NCBI GenBank assembly: GCA_025786725.1
Contig: JAHLTZ010000001.1
Location: 310,001-374,000, forward strand
Reading direction: 5' to 3'
Source of the DNA: Syncephalis fuscata S228
Taxonomy: Eukaryota; Fungi; Zoopagomycota
Length of the DNA: 64,000 bases
The notes under the pieces are model-generated. The model was not told the DNA's origin. It saw only the letters and a list, made by a program, of their open reading frames with translations, and did no database searches. Within the stretch, counting starts at the first letter, position 1; every line of letters begins with the position of its first letter. The position numbers and the translations under genes are program-made. Below are positions 38,163-50,973 of this stretch, piece after piece.

Positions 38163-39974
38163 TTAATTGGAATGCTCATGCAAAATAATAGCAAGGGTAA
38201 TCAAATAAAAAAGTACTGATGTTATAACAATCTGAAGAATGGAAAAGAATATTGTAGATGATAGTTTAGCAGGCTTATCACCACCTGTATACTTAAGCAA
38301 ACTGCGTCTACGACTGTATCGTAGTTGTAGAACAATTGCGGTAACACTTATTAGCGCAAACGAACCATAGCCAATATAAATACCGAGCTGGAATGGAAGA
38401 AAGCAAACATCATATTCGCTAGTGATCTTTGGGGAATTGTTCTTATTGTCGAGTGGATTGTAAAGACTTAGCATGCCAAAAGATGGAAAAGGATTGCCCT
38501 TGATATAGTACGGATTCAACATTGTGGTTTATGTAATACTTTGCATTTGCTTACCATTGACCAAGAGAAGGTGCCAACCTAGCAATAAATAGTCAGCTAG
38601 TGTTTTAGCTGTTGTTTGAAATGCTTACCGTATACTAATAGTGTATTTGTGAATCATTTATTAAATTTGCTAATTAGTAAAAGTGGGCAAAATTTACGTT
38701 GCTTACCTCGATAGATTGTTTAGCACCCACTTGGTGGATCCAACGACATTGATCGTGATCATCACCGGCAAAAACCATACTTGGCTGAATCTTTTGTAGA
38801 ATTTCTCGTGACAAGCTTTATAGCAAGATTAGACACAAGTTTCTATTGCTCTTCAATCTTTCTACTTACTTTTCTACCACCAAGTTCTGGTATTGATAAC
38901 CCTTAGCTTGATATAATCCCTTGTTCATGTGGCGTAATGGTCCACAGTATTGAAAGTTGGGCCGATAAAGTGGAACATGTGTAAAAAGCATACGCGGTAA
39001 TGTTTCATTAGCTAAATATACTTCTGCGTTAGCACTGTGTCGACAATTCCTAATAAAAACAAACCTCGCGCTGCTTCCTGGTCCAAAAATTGCTGTGCAT
39101 CATTGCGTATATCGGGTACACGACTGCTAAGACTAAGCGTGTCCAGAGCAATAATTGAATGATTGGCAAGTCGCATTTCCCAATTAGGCGAGCCAAATAC
39201 CGTTTCATACCTGCTGCGTGCCGATAGAATTACCGTATCACCAAAGCCAAAGTCGTGATTACCAGCCAAATATAATGTTTTGCCTGTATATTCACTTTTA
39301 CGACGAAAGATCCACTGAAATCGTTTCAACTCTGGATACCATCTGTAGCAACATAACAAGTGTATCGTGTACCATGATTTTCCAATCAGATTAGAAAATA
39401 GCCACAAATCGAATAACTATACTAACGTGTCATCTTTCCATTCTCGGCCACCATCAAATAAATCGCCCAAAAATAAAATAGCGTCTGGTTTGTGCAGTTT
39501 TTGTAAATAATAAAAGCTTTTGATCATATAGATGTCTGTGTAGAATTCCGTTAAAGCTAGTCCTACACCTGGAGACTGATGGTAGGAATAAGCATCGATG
39601 ATCTGTGGGTCGGCAACAATAGCCAGCCGAAACATATCACGATTGGCCTATACAAGAGGTCAGTTGACATTTGGGGGATTAACATTAATCAGCGGTGTCG
39701 AATTTGATTATCAAGATTGCACCAACCAAGCCTGTTTCATTTTACTTACCGACGCATCCCACTCTTTATTTGCTGGCCAACGGCAGCTGCCGACAGAATA
39801 TCGAAAAGCACCAAATTCCGCCCAAATGATAAATGCCATCCATATCAGACTCCAGGCACATGTCACAGAGGACCATCGCCTTATCATTCTAAACCAGCTG
39901 CGTACAGGTAAAACATGCCATTTTAATTTGGATGACGATTCATGGTTGTTATGATTCTTTGCAACAGGCAGCAT
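38163..39974 (-). CDS. CDC1: Cdc1/MPPE1 (PGAP5)-like metallophosphoesterase, multi-exon
   Basis: N-terminal TM; IVADPQIID, FLGDLFDGGR, AGNHDFGFG, FTHVPLYR..CGPLR, FAGDDHDQC; two C-terminal TMs. Confidence 0.9.
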
Positions 39975-41323
39975 CTTTTTGCGTATAAAATAAAAGGTCG
40001 GCTGTGGATACCAAACAAAAGAAAATAGATACACGTGTATTTGTAGGAAACCTATAATGTATATGTGGGTGGATATGTAGAACGGTTTAAGGTTTATTGT
40101 TTTTGTTGAATCGTATTAGTGTTTGTTTTATGGATAAAATTATTGGTTGTAGTTGGTTTAAACCAGCAAAAACATACCAATGCTTTCTTTCTTTGACAAT
40201 ATGTGCCAGAATCAAACCCTTTTGTAAAGATGTGCCTATGGCTGCTGTAGTACACTTGGTTAATGGTATCGATAAAAAAGAGCTACAACAACGACTTGAG
40301 ATATGGAAACGAAAAACGGCAGTATTTAATCAAATTTTGAAAAGAAAGCAAGTCTTGGCGATAGAAAATTCCATCATATTTTCGGGCAATCATTACTATT
40401 AGTGGATACGCACAAACACACGCGATCATTAGAGCTGCCTATCATGCTGCTAAAAATAACATCGTGGCGATAAAATCGGTTAGTTGTCGAGGTGCTTTTT
40501 AGGCCAATAGTTACATTGCATTGTGGTTGGCACTACTTGTGATGCTATTGCCGATAGAACATACTTTGTTTTTTATACCAAATAGCTAAAAGTATACTCT
40601 ATGCTTCTTTTACAATAAGTTTATAGCAATATACGCGATAAACATCTATTCTATGGTGACAATTTTTATTTAATATAAGGCCTTGTGCCAATTAATTACC
40701 GACTCAGTACATATCATTAAAATAGGCGGCATTAGCAAATAATAAAAGTTATTTAGATAGTAGTAAAAAAAGTGTTGTTTTTGCATATGAGCAAATAAAA
40801 CTAAACCAATACAACAAAAGTTGCTAATAACAAACAGACAACATTTACGAATAAAACATGGCACTGGAATATACAATAATATAAATTGAAAAAGAGTAGT
40901 ATAAATGTACATAAACTACAGTATTGAAGCTACAATATGTACAGCTTAATGGGCGAAATGAGTTGAGTGAGTCGAGAGTTATAACGAATAGAACTAGCAT
41001 TAAACGGAAAATAGGCTTGAGTAGAATATGGTTAGTATACGATAGAGTAATATATATAGCAGTATGGCTACACAATAGAATGGATAGAAGATTTACGTAT
41101 AAAAGATAAGGATAACGATTATAAATCTATAATTAGATGATTTGACGTTAGCATTTCTCACTACCTAGCTTTATGTTCAATAGATTAAGTGTTATTAAAT
41201 ATAATCATTTGATTGCCAATATAATAAGCTATTAGCAAATCAGTTAGTATTAATGTAATATATTAAAATAAATAAATAAAGATTACAAGTAATAGTAGTT
41301 TTATTTAGCATGATAAAGACAAA

Positions 41324-43638
41324 CTACCACTTTAGTTCCTCTGTTTGAGTAACAATCTCGTGGTCATAGACACCAAGATCATAGAAGCGCGATGCATCCC
41401 ATGCTGTCCACGGTATACATGCTCCTGCAATCCCTCGACCAGCTAGTAATGCTCTTAAGGCGCGTTCATACTCCCAGCGCAGCCCGGCTACTTCCCAGCG
41501 ATTGGCATTGCCGCTTAGGTTGAAGTCAAGTTCGAATGGATCCTCTATACATAGGCCTGCCGCATAGCCTTCTGAATCGCGTGCAGCGGTAGAACGACCA
41601 CTACCCCAGTCTTTTACATCGCGCCGAATCGGATGGCCAAGGCGAACAGATACGTAGTCGTCCAAGTAGGCAAATTGAAAGGCATAGTATCTAAAGAATT
41701 CAATTAAAAGTTCACCGGTAGATAATGGATTTGGTGGATCCATCTTGTAGCGCCATCCTCGTGCAAAATATGTGTAGAATTGGCCGGTTTGTGTTTTTGG
41801 TAAACGAGCGTTGCAGACCATACATTCTGTAACTGGCGACACAGCTATATAATTAGGTGGCGTTTTTTTAGCTCTTGCATTTTTTTTGGGCAATTCTACT
41901 GGGTCACCAGCAATATTACCGATTAGTTGGCGCCAGTGAGATTCTTGGGGTGCATGAGAGCCGCAAACCAGCTGAAGTGGCCGGACAATATTTTGCATAA
42001 GCAAGAATTGTAGCCCCATCATTACATGGGCATAACTCGTCAATACACCTGGAATCTCCAGCGAGTCGATAAGCTGACGGCGACGGCTCCAATACTTAAT
42101 TGTAGCCAAAAACGGATACACTCGTGGATCACTGCGTATATATTGATGGATTAAATTGGAATTCTTAAGCGGTAGATAGTTGTTGAGTGTTAAATCGCAT
42201 GGTATATTCCTATTTGTCAGTGGTATTAGCCGTTGCATCATCGTTGACTTTGTAAGCGCCTACGTTACGGGATCGTAGAATGTAATGACGGGCAGTCGCA
42301 ATGTAGTGTGTACTTTTACTTTTTGCATACCGACTATATCATACATTGGTTGGTTAATCATTATAATCAGTTTGTTAGCCGGTTACTTGCCTCGCTTTAA
42401 TGCTTTGACAAGCTGTAGTACTTCATTGTGCATTCGTTTGTCTCGCGTCTCTTCAACATCAGTATTGTAGGCCTTTCTAATGGAGTCACTCGTAACGGTC
42501 ATATCAAGATCGCTGCCTTCAAGTAATAAGCCTGATGTCAAAGAACTAAAGTGCTTATTAGTGTTTTGCGTCGCCAATTATCCATCCCATTTACCCAAAT
42601 GGCGCAACGGCCGCTTCAGATAAATGTTCTGTTTCTCGTAGCAAGTCTTGGATCCTAAGCGATTGTTGCCTGTAGCGAGAACTTGCTTCAGAGTCAAGTC
42701 TATTTGCCTGAATTCAGCGCTGTTATTATGGTGTATAATGCAGTAATTAGTGCCGCTTACAGACATGGTTTCGGCTATCTCTTTGTTAAGATTACTTATA
42801 GTTTGTGGAGCTAATTTTTGTTGCTGTCTAGCAGCCTTTGCCGTTATTTGTATCGTTGGCTGGTAAAGCAGTTCGTCTTCGGTCCAATCTATGGCATGGT
42901 TATTGTTTTGCCGCTATCTCATATACGCTGCCTACTAATTTTGTCCAATGCGTAAAGCATTGCCGTCTTTTTACTATTATCCAGCGTTTTACCACTCCAC
43001 GTTATCGAAATAGAGGCTGGGTCGATGGCCGCTGTTTCGCCAGTATCACCATTCTTCATTGCTCCGTTTACTAAAAATAAATCATTCTGTGGATTGGCAG
43101 TTAGCCATTTTACAAAAGCACCAGGTCTATTGGTAAGACTTTTTAAAGCTGTATTTTCTTGAAGCTGTTTATCATTAACAAGTGCCAGAAATAACTTGGT
43201 CAATGACATTTGATGTTGATTTTTCTCTTTTAATGCTGCAATAATTGATTCAGCTAATTTCAACTTATCATCTACCGATTTAAATAGTTTTTCACGCTTT
43301 CGAAGCGCATCCAAGCAAATTCTCGAGTTGGGAAATCTTGTTTTTTTAATAAATTTGTGCTGCTTTTCCTCTTCACTCGGCAGTGGAGAAGCCATATTTT
43401 TCAATACATTTTCTGTTTGCAGTGTCAAACGAAATGGATTGTAGGCCGCCTCTAACCTTTCTCTCGCTATAGTTGCAGCGCCATCATGCTGAAGTGTCGT
43501 TAGCTTAGCTGGTGGTTTGTTTTTTCTAGTTGTATAGGTGACAGCTGCAACGCGTATCCATCTATTTGGCGTTAAAATAGCTGCTGTGCAGCCTGTACGC
43601 GCCGTTAAGCTACTTGAAAAACCTACAGCTTGAAGCAT
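41324..43638 (-). CDS. Cid1/TUTase/GLD-2-family non-canonical RNA nucleotidyltransferase with an N-terminal extension
   Basis: PFG|SLTSGLLLEGSDLDM (hGS..DhD), IPCDLTLNN (third Asp), IKYWSRRRQL, LTSYAHVMM, GELLIEFFRYYA, CIEDPFELDFNLSG (PAP-associated/NRM). Frameshifts around 42700-42930. Confidence 0.9.
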
Positions 43639-44088
43639 TGAAGGATTACACACCTATAATAAGTTATAATGAATACAATAAAACCATTAAGATAAAGGTG
43701 GAACTACAGTTCCATTTCAAATTTTCTAGCTTTTCTTTTTTCTATATTTGGTTTCTAAAATTTTTGTTTCGTCTATATTTGCTTTCATGTGTAACAGTAT
43801 GAAAATGTGTGTGAGCGAGCGATTGTTAAATTAGCAACAACAGCTACATCAATAAAATGACACTATAAACAAAGCGTTACCTATGATTAAAGGCTACTTG
43901 ATAAATTCAGTAAACTAGCTTATCTAAAAACGTGATAATTAATCTTGCCCAAAAGTAAATACCATCATTGACATACCACTGTGATGGAAAATGGCTTACT
44001 AGCTTAAATAAATCTTTATTTATAATTTAAAAAAAACCATTTTCGGATTCTAGCAAATCAATACATTTCTGCTTAAATTTATCAATCA

Positions 44089-45017
44089 TTAAATTATATC
44101 TAGATTGATGCTAGATTGATCCAATGATATACTGTTTCTTACTTCATCTTTTGCCGTATTAAGACGATGTTTTATAGTGTCGCAGTAAGTTTTTACACTT
44201 TGAAACAAACTTTCATAGTTGAATTGATTTTGATTAAAAGACTCTAAAACGGTATCGCAATAATAAACGGCTGCTTTGATTGCAATTTCGTACTTTACTA
44301 TATAAGATGCCATTATATTTGCCATGCTTTCGTAGCCACTAGTATATGCTTGGTTGTAATTGGCTATTTTCTTGGATGTAATCGTAGCTGCTTTGCAATG
44401 CTTGTATTTAAATCAGCATTTTCCACTGGATATCTTTTTACTTGCTGCAATTCTATTTTATGTTCATATTTAGTTGTCTTTCTTTTTCTAAATAGCTGCT
44501 TTCTATATCATCCTGCTTCTTTGGTCTTGTTCTAGCTGTTTTCTTTTTCTTGATAATTGTTTTCTAGCTTAATTTGTTTCTTTTGTCCTTTTTCTAGCTG
44601 TTTTTCTTGCTCCTTAATCTTGTTTTCCAACACCTCAACTCTGTTCTGTAGTTCTTTATTGAGCTGCATTAGATTAATCGTTTTTGCTTCATTTAGTTCG
44701 TTGATCTGTTGTATTCTTTCCTCATACAGCTTGATAGTTTGCTCAATATAATATTGGCTGAAAGCTATTAAATTACATAAGCTTACGCTATGTAAACGTT
44801 TGTTTACTAACCTTGCTTCGTATTGCTTGTGGTAATTTCTTCAAGCAAATCCTTGTTTCCGTTCACTGATTCTTCGTTTGTTGTATTCAATAATTCAGAA
44901 TTCATTTGAGTACACTGGTATTTAAGTCGTCTTCAAGGCGCTTATTAACGATATCTATAGTCAACTGCCACATAATAAGTACAATATATATTTATTTTAT
45001 TGATATCTTACCTCCAT
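44089..45017 (-). CDS. Hendecad-repeat coiled-coil family, copy A (frameshifted as assembled)
   Basis: Same exon layout as copy E (ATG GAG|GTAAG; ...CAAG|GTTAGT); homologous IKLYEE...LNKELQ and C-terminal SYIVKYEIAI..YCD..VK..C..I..RLN blocks. Confidence 0.7.
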
Positions 45018-45730
45018 TACGCAAAATTTAGTAGCAAATATGTTAATAATAGTATACTGTGATAAAGTTTGACTAAACAACAATAAAACAATGCTAGCAG
45101 AAAGACTAATACCTTGTTAAATATGAGCGATCATATGCGCATTTATACTGAGTGTGTGACACCTGTGTATTCCAAATATAGGAATAGTGTATATGTTCAA
45201 AGGCCTGTGGTCAGTTAGACTAAGCCTCAAACTCGCAGCATCTTCTTTGTTATATTCTTGCTACCATTAGAACCGGAATTCATAGTTTTATTTCTATTTT
45301 TTACACGCCTCTCTAAGCATTTATGACTGAAATGATATTAATCGATGCTTAATATTATCAAAATTCCATTTCAGCAATCAGTGATCATTTCGATTGCCAT
45401 CTATATTCTGCTATGTATACTCCAAGCTTGTTTTTTTATAATTGCTATTTTTATTTCTTTAAAGCTTTTTTTTCTTTTTGTAATTTTATATTCTGCAGCG
45501 AGTCAAAATGCTATAAAATAATGTAACAAGTATAAAGCATGGACATGAAAAGTATTATAAAAACTATCTACTCCTTATTTCTTTAAAATTTATTTGGCAC
45601 CTACTATTTTTCATATATACAGAAGTAGCACCAGAAATATAAGGCAATTCATTCTTTATAAATGTAAAAATGTAAAAGAATCAAATTATAGCAATCACCT
45701 AAAGTAAGCGTAACAGTATTCGACGTTTTC

Positions 45731-46326
45731 CTAACTTGGTCTGGCTACATCATTTTTTTTCTTTAATTCTTCGTTTATCTTTTTATATTCTTTTTCTAGT
45801 TGCTCTATTCTTTTTTGATAGTCGTTTTCTATTTCCTTCTGCTTTTTCTTGTAGCTGCTTTCCATCTCTTTTTGTTTTTTCTGCTCTTCTTCTAGCTGCT
45901 TTTTCTGCTCTTCAGCATTGCTTTCCAGTGTCTTATTTATACTCTGTAAACGTGTATTGTCCTTAAACAGCATCAGATTAATATTCTTTGCTTTGTCTAG
46001 CTCCTCGCGTTGCTGTAGCTTTTCCTCATATAATTTGATAACTTTTTCAACAACAAAATATTGGTTGCAATCTATTGAATTATATAAGTTTATATTATGT
46101 AACATTTGTTTACTGACCTTGTTTTGTATTACTTGCTGTAGTTTCTGCAAATGAAGCCGTGTTTTTGTTTACTGCTTCTTCATCTGTTCCACCCAATAGT
46201 TCGGAATTTATTTGAACAGCATTAATATTGCAGTAATCTTCGAGATGCTTATATAAGCTATCTACATCCATCTGCCACATAATAAGCTACAATAATGGCT
46301 ATGTTCTACAAATATCTTACTTTCAT
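45731..46326 (-). CDS. Hendecad-repeat coiled-coil family, copy B (lacks the C-terminal Cys domain; truncated or pseudogene)
   Basis: ATG AAA|GTAAG, homologous exon 2 and coiled coil (KQKEMESSYKK/KQKEIENDYQK); similarity stops near 45740. Confidence 0.6.
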
Positions 46327-46770
46327 TACGCAAAGCTTAGCAGTAGAAATTTAATGACAACATGTAATAAGAATCCAAGCTGTTTACAAATAAGAAAATA
46401 AATGCTGTTAGGCAATTTGGTATGTCTTAAATACTGAATCACGAAAACGAATAAGCCGGCCTCAAAAATAAAAACACACTACTATCTCTCGAAAGTGACA
46501 ATGTATAACAATTCTTATACGCTGTACAGGCTAAAGTTACGCTTACCTTAATGGCTATGGGCTAATATATGTAATTCGATACTTGTTCAAGTAATGTGTT
46601 GCAAATTAATTTAAATAATCGGTCCGTAAAACAAATATAATGCTCGTGAGAATACACTGTTTAATACATGTTCTAATTTTATTCTATATGTAGTTTCAAA
46701 CTTGTTTCAGGCATTACATAGTAGATGCACTAATATGCATACTTATGACCAAAAAATGGCAGAGTATGCT

Positions 46771-47698
46771 CAATCACATTGTCCATAAAGATTCTGGAAT
46801 ATGCTAGGATTACCTTATTTTACATTAACAAAGACACGGGACACAATGAAGTAATATAAATATTTTTGGAGTTTTAGCTTAATGCTACATAGTTAGTATG
46901 CATCAAATTGAATGTACAATTCACTGTGGGTCAAATTATTAGCAACGATCATATACGAAATAAATAAACAAAATGGGTAGTATGCACTACAATCCATGCC
47001 GTGTCAAACCAACGATTTATCTAGTTACAATAAATTTTAGGTATTCTATGTACGTCTTACACAACTTGGCTACTTTATTATTGTAAATTGCTGGTACAAA
47101 GTATTATGTTACTGCACAACACCAATTTTCTATTTATTTTGGTTTATTTATTTGGTTTGTTTACCTTTAATAGTGTATCAAAAACTGCATATTCTATAGG
47201 TAAGCTTGCTGTCAGAATGAACGAATGTTATTCATTATTACTTACTTTTAACACACTTGCTATTCGACTGCCACTTACCGTACATAATTATAAAGACAGT
47301 GTGCAAATTGTATAGCCGACAATCTACGCCGCTACCTTCCTTAATATCTTCAGCGTCTTTTACTTTAGATTTATTTCTAGTATGTAGCTGTAATAGCTGA
47401 GCAATATTACCTTAATATTTTTATTTTTATGCTGCTTTTACTAGCGTACCAGTGCTGTAGCCGGTATTAGTGCTTGTCATGACCATTAACCGATATTCTG
47501 ACTATGTTTCCTATCAATCTACATTTAAAAGCGTATCTTTTAGATAATGACTACATCAAATAAATGACCGCATACATTTCTACCATTCATATGTTTGCTA
47601 GTAGTACAAATAACCAACACTGACAGCTATTTTTGTATGATTGTGCTGGTTATGGAATATTAGTGCTGTTTGTGTTCGTATTGTTCTACATTATACTA
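46771..47698. repeat. ~930-bp direct repeat, copy 1 (copy 2 at 58399-59321), upstream of family copy B
   Basis: Near-identical from CAATCACATTGTCCATAAAG to TTCTACATTATACTA. Confidence 0.95.
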
Positions 47699-48822
47699 AA
47701 ATAAGATTGCATATAATTTAATATATGTACTTATAATAAAATAGCTTATATAAATTAAATTCAAAATATACCATTGTCTCTCCTATAAACTTATTTAAAT
47801 TTTTTAATAATTTCATATAGGCAACATGTCATATTATTATAGATATTATGTCTCAACAGTTTATTCAATGACGTTTATTTTGGCTATTTAGTAACAATAA
47901 ATACGTAAAAATATGTGTAAAACAACACTGCTATTGAACGGGCCTTAGTGGACCTTTTTTCAGCAAAACTAGCGCCGATTAGTTGAGGCTACAAACTACA
48001 GTTTTATATTCAAGTATTTTAACAAATTTATTGAGTATATAGCTAATAAACTATTATAAGAATTAAATCCAAATATCATGGCTACTTCAAAAACTATTAC
48101 TTTTTACAGTCAAGACAAAGGCAACGTTACAACTTTGATAATCAGCCCATTTTATTTGGAATAAATCCAAATTAAATCAATTTATTTTCTTTATGTCCTT
48201 ACATGTGATCGCAAATTGCTGATGACTACTATTGTGTAAAGACTTGGTCATTAAGAAGAATACCAGTACTAAAGTATACATTTATCGAACCATTCAAGGC
48301 TATCGGCACACGAGGAGCCGTCATGATCATTTGGCTGCCAAGCCTCTGTCAATGCTTACGCAATGGTAGACGCAGTAATTATCACTATGTTGTATAATAG
48401 CGCTTATTCAACGTCGATGATGTGATCAATGTAAACTTATTAATTGATCACCATTTTGTCCTTCGTAAAAGCCTTTTGATCTACGCTAATCATTGTGTTT
48501 ATCGTTGTTATCAACGGTAGCAACAAGTGAAACGCTACCAAAACAAGCTGCCTTTATCCACCTCTGCTTTTTTTCTTCCACAAACAGACACGTTTGTCGT
48601 ACGCCACATGCTTGCGACCTGGCAACAACACAGCCACAATTTATTCGTTCAGTTTTCCTATTTAGCGAGCAGTTTCTATTGTTCGCAGTTTCGCGGTATT
48701 TGACCGCCTGCCATGTTCTAGTTTCTATTTGTATTATTAGTATTCGTAGGCATTTCTCACTACCCCACAAACTATCTTGGCGAGAATAACCGTAGCAAAC
48801 GAGACGCTTTATTTTGTCCATT

Positions 48823-50615
48823 ATGCAACGTTTACCCACATTATATAGCAGCAGTCCTAGTGTTGCTACTGCCACGAATAATAATGACACTGATACTTGG
48901 CATACGTCCACAATACTATTAGCACCAGCCAAGCTGCTGTCAATGCTGTCCAAAGTGTTTATGCGCACTTTTGCGCTTTGCCTAGCCAGACCCGCCAATG
49001 GGCACTGAATTTGCTATATATGTCATTGGCTAACGGGCAGGCTTTACTGAGATATCTACAAACATCTGGTGCTACTTTTTCCACTCTATGGTTGCGACGG
49101 TGAATGTTGGTGGGCCGCCACCTATGCGCTATCAGCTGGGCGGTAGTCAGTTCTACGGTGGGGTTGCAGTGTTGATTACAGGCGCTGTCCCATCAGATGA
49201 AGCTATTGCCAAGGATGATGGCATCAATGCACGAGTTATTAATCGACTATGGACGCTTGGTTATACGGTGGTAATTGCTGAAACAGCAATCAAATCTGGT
49301 TCAGCTTTATTAAATCAAAGTAACAATACCAAATCAGCTGGCAAACAAGTGAACGAAAGTACCGCAAGTAAGCATTCGGATGCTAATTTAAAGCTTCGAC
49401 CAAGTTTTGGAGAACGTCATCCAACAAGTAATGGACGTGTAATACGTGTTCCATCGGCCATACTAGAAAAGACTATGGAAAAGCTTCGTAAGCGACGTAT
49501 TGTACTTGCTGCGGCTGTCTACATGACAGCTGAACACACACAGCCGTTATTTGTTGATGGCAGTGTTTTAGATATACTAATGCATGATGTATCAACCAAT
49601 ATCATTAATGGTAATGGCCAACAAACAGCCAATGCGAACATGTTAGATCAGAATGTGTATATCCTGCCAAAAGTGTTTATCCTCATAAATCATTGGTAGA
49701 TGCAGCAATGGCAACTACTACTGCTAATCAATCATATGTGCCAGCTACACTTGCATCAACACAGCGTGCGAGGCCGAATGGAAACATGCTTCTATTTGGA
49801 CACAGCGTGTACTTCCTCATCTAATGCATAGTGGAGGGCGGATTATATTTCTTAATACACCCATTTCATTGACAGCTGCTCCAGCAGATCGTGCACGTGC
49901 CGAACAGATTGCTGTTTTGGCCCGCCAACTACGTGCTGAGCTAATTCAGGAGAATATTGCCGTTAGTCTTGTGCAGCCAGATGAGCTTGTATATGATATC
50001 AATCAGCCGAACACGATGGTGGATTGTTTTACTACGCCAACGTTACAGGCTGCTTCGGCTGTAGAGCATGCCGTAAGTGCTTGTTGGCCACAACGGCGTT
50101 ATCCGGTCGGATGGAGTGTACGTCTATTAGACTTGCTACATCGAGTTATGGGCGAAGCAATTACCGATGGTATAACTGCTATGACTGGCACACTGCTTGA
50201 AATGAAACGTTCTCACGATGAACGAAGAAATCTGACTGCTCAACAGCATGATACTGAAGAGGAGATGGATCAACAAGCTACAGCAAAGCCATCAAATCAA
50301 CCTGACAATGCTGCGCTTTTAACCACTACTGACTGTGAATTACAAAGTAGCAGCCATATTAACGGAAATGACGATGAAGAAGAGGAGGGAGAGACGTTGG
50401 AAATGGAAAATGCCAACAAAGCCAACTATCATTCAAATACAAACGAAAGTTCAATGATATCAGGCTCTTTTAATTCACCACGTATTACATCAACACCAAA
50501 TATCAGTATATTATCAACAGGATCGAATTCGAGACAAAAATCTAAAAACAATAAGCAAGTACTGCGCAATTACACCACTTCATCTACCTTTAAATCAGCA
50601 ACAGCAGCACATTAA
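48823..50615 (+). CDS. Degenerate short-chain dehydrogenase/reductase-like protein (frameshifted as assembled)
   Basis: VAVLITGA...GIN...L...GYTVV; SGGRIIF; LRAEL...NIAVSLVQP; AVEHAVSACWPQRRYPVG. This is the layout of RDH/BDH1-type SDRs. Confidence 0.6.
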
Positions 50616-50973
50616 AACAATTACTTTTGATATCAAGTCATTCTTAACATCATTTCAACATAGTTTTATTCCCGTTATTTATTAATAATAAAGTAGCTTA
50701 TGATACTAAATTAAATATACAACAGTAGCTCTGTAAATGTAATAAAATGAATCAAAGATAAACATGATATTAGATTCAAATGCACAATCTACAGTGAATT
50801 AATATCCAAGGATAATCATATCACAATACAGCATTCTAACAGTTAAAATAAGCTTCTTTTATTCTTAGTTTAACTACTCTGCATTATTACAAACTATTAA
50901 AAAGAACGAATGGCGAATGATAGTACAATGCTATCACTACATTGCACCAATAATTTCTATATAGATTAGAACT

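Noticed and set aside
40097-40500. 101-aa ORF divergent from CDC1
   Set aside because: No motif or clear splice structure; may be a decayed fragment but cannot be supported.
10127-43638. AIR1 and a non-canonical poly(A) polymerase in one window as a TRAMP gene cluster
   Set aside because: They are about 29 kb apart with many unrelated genes between, and the polymerase looks Cid1/mtPAP-like, not Trf4/5-like.
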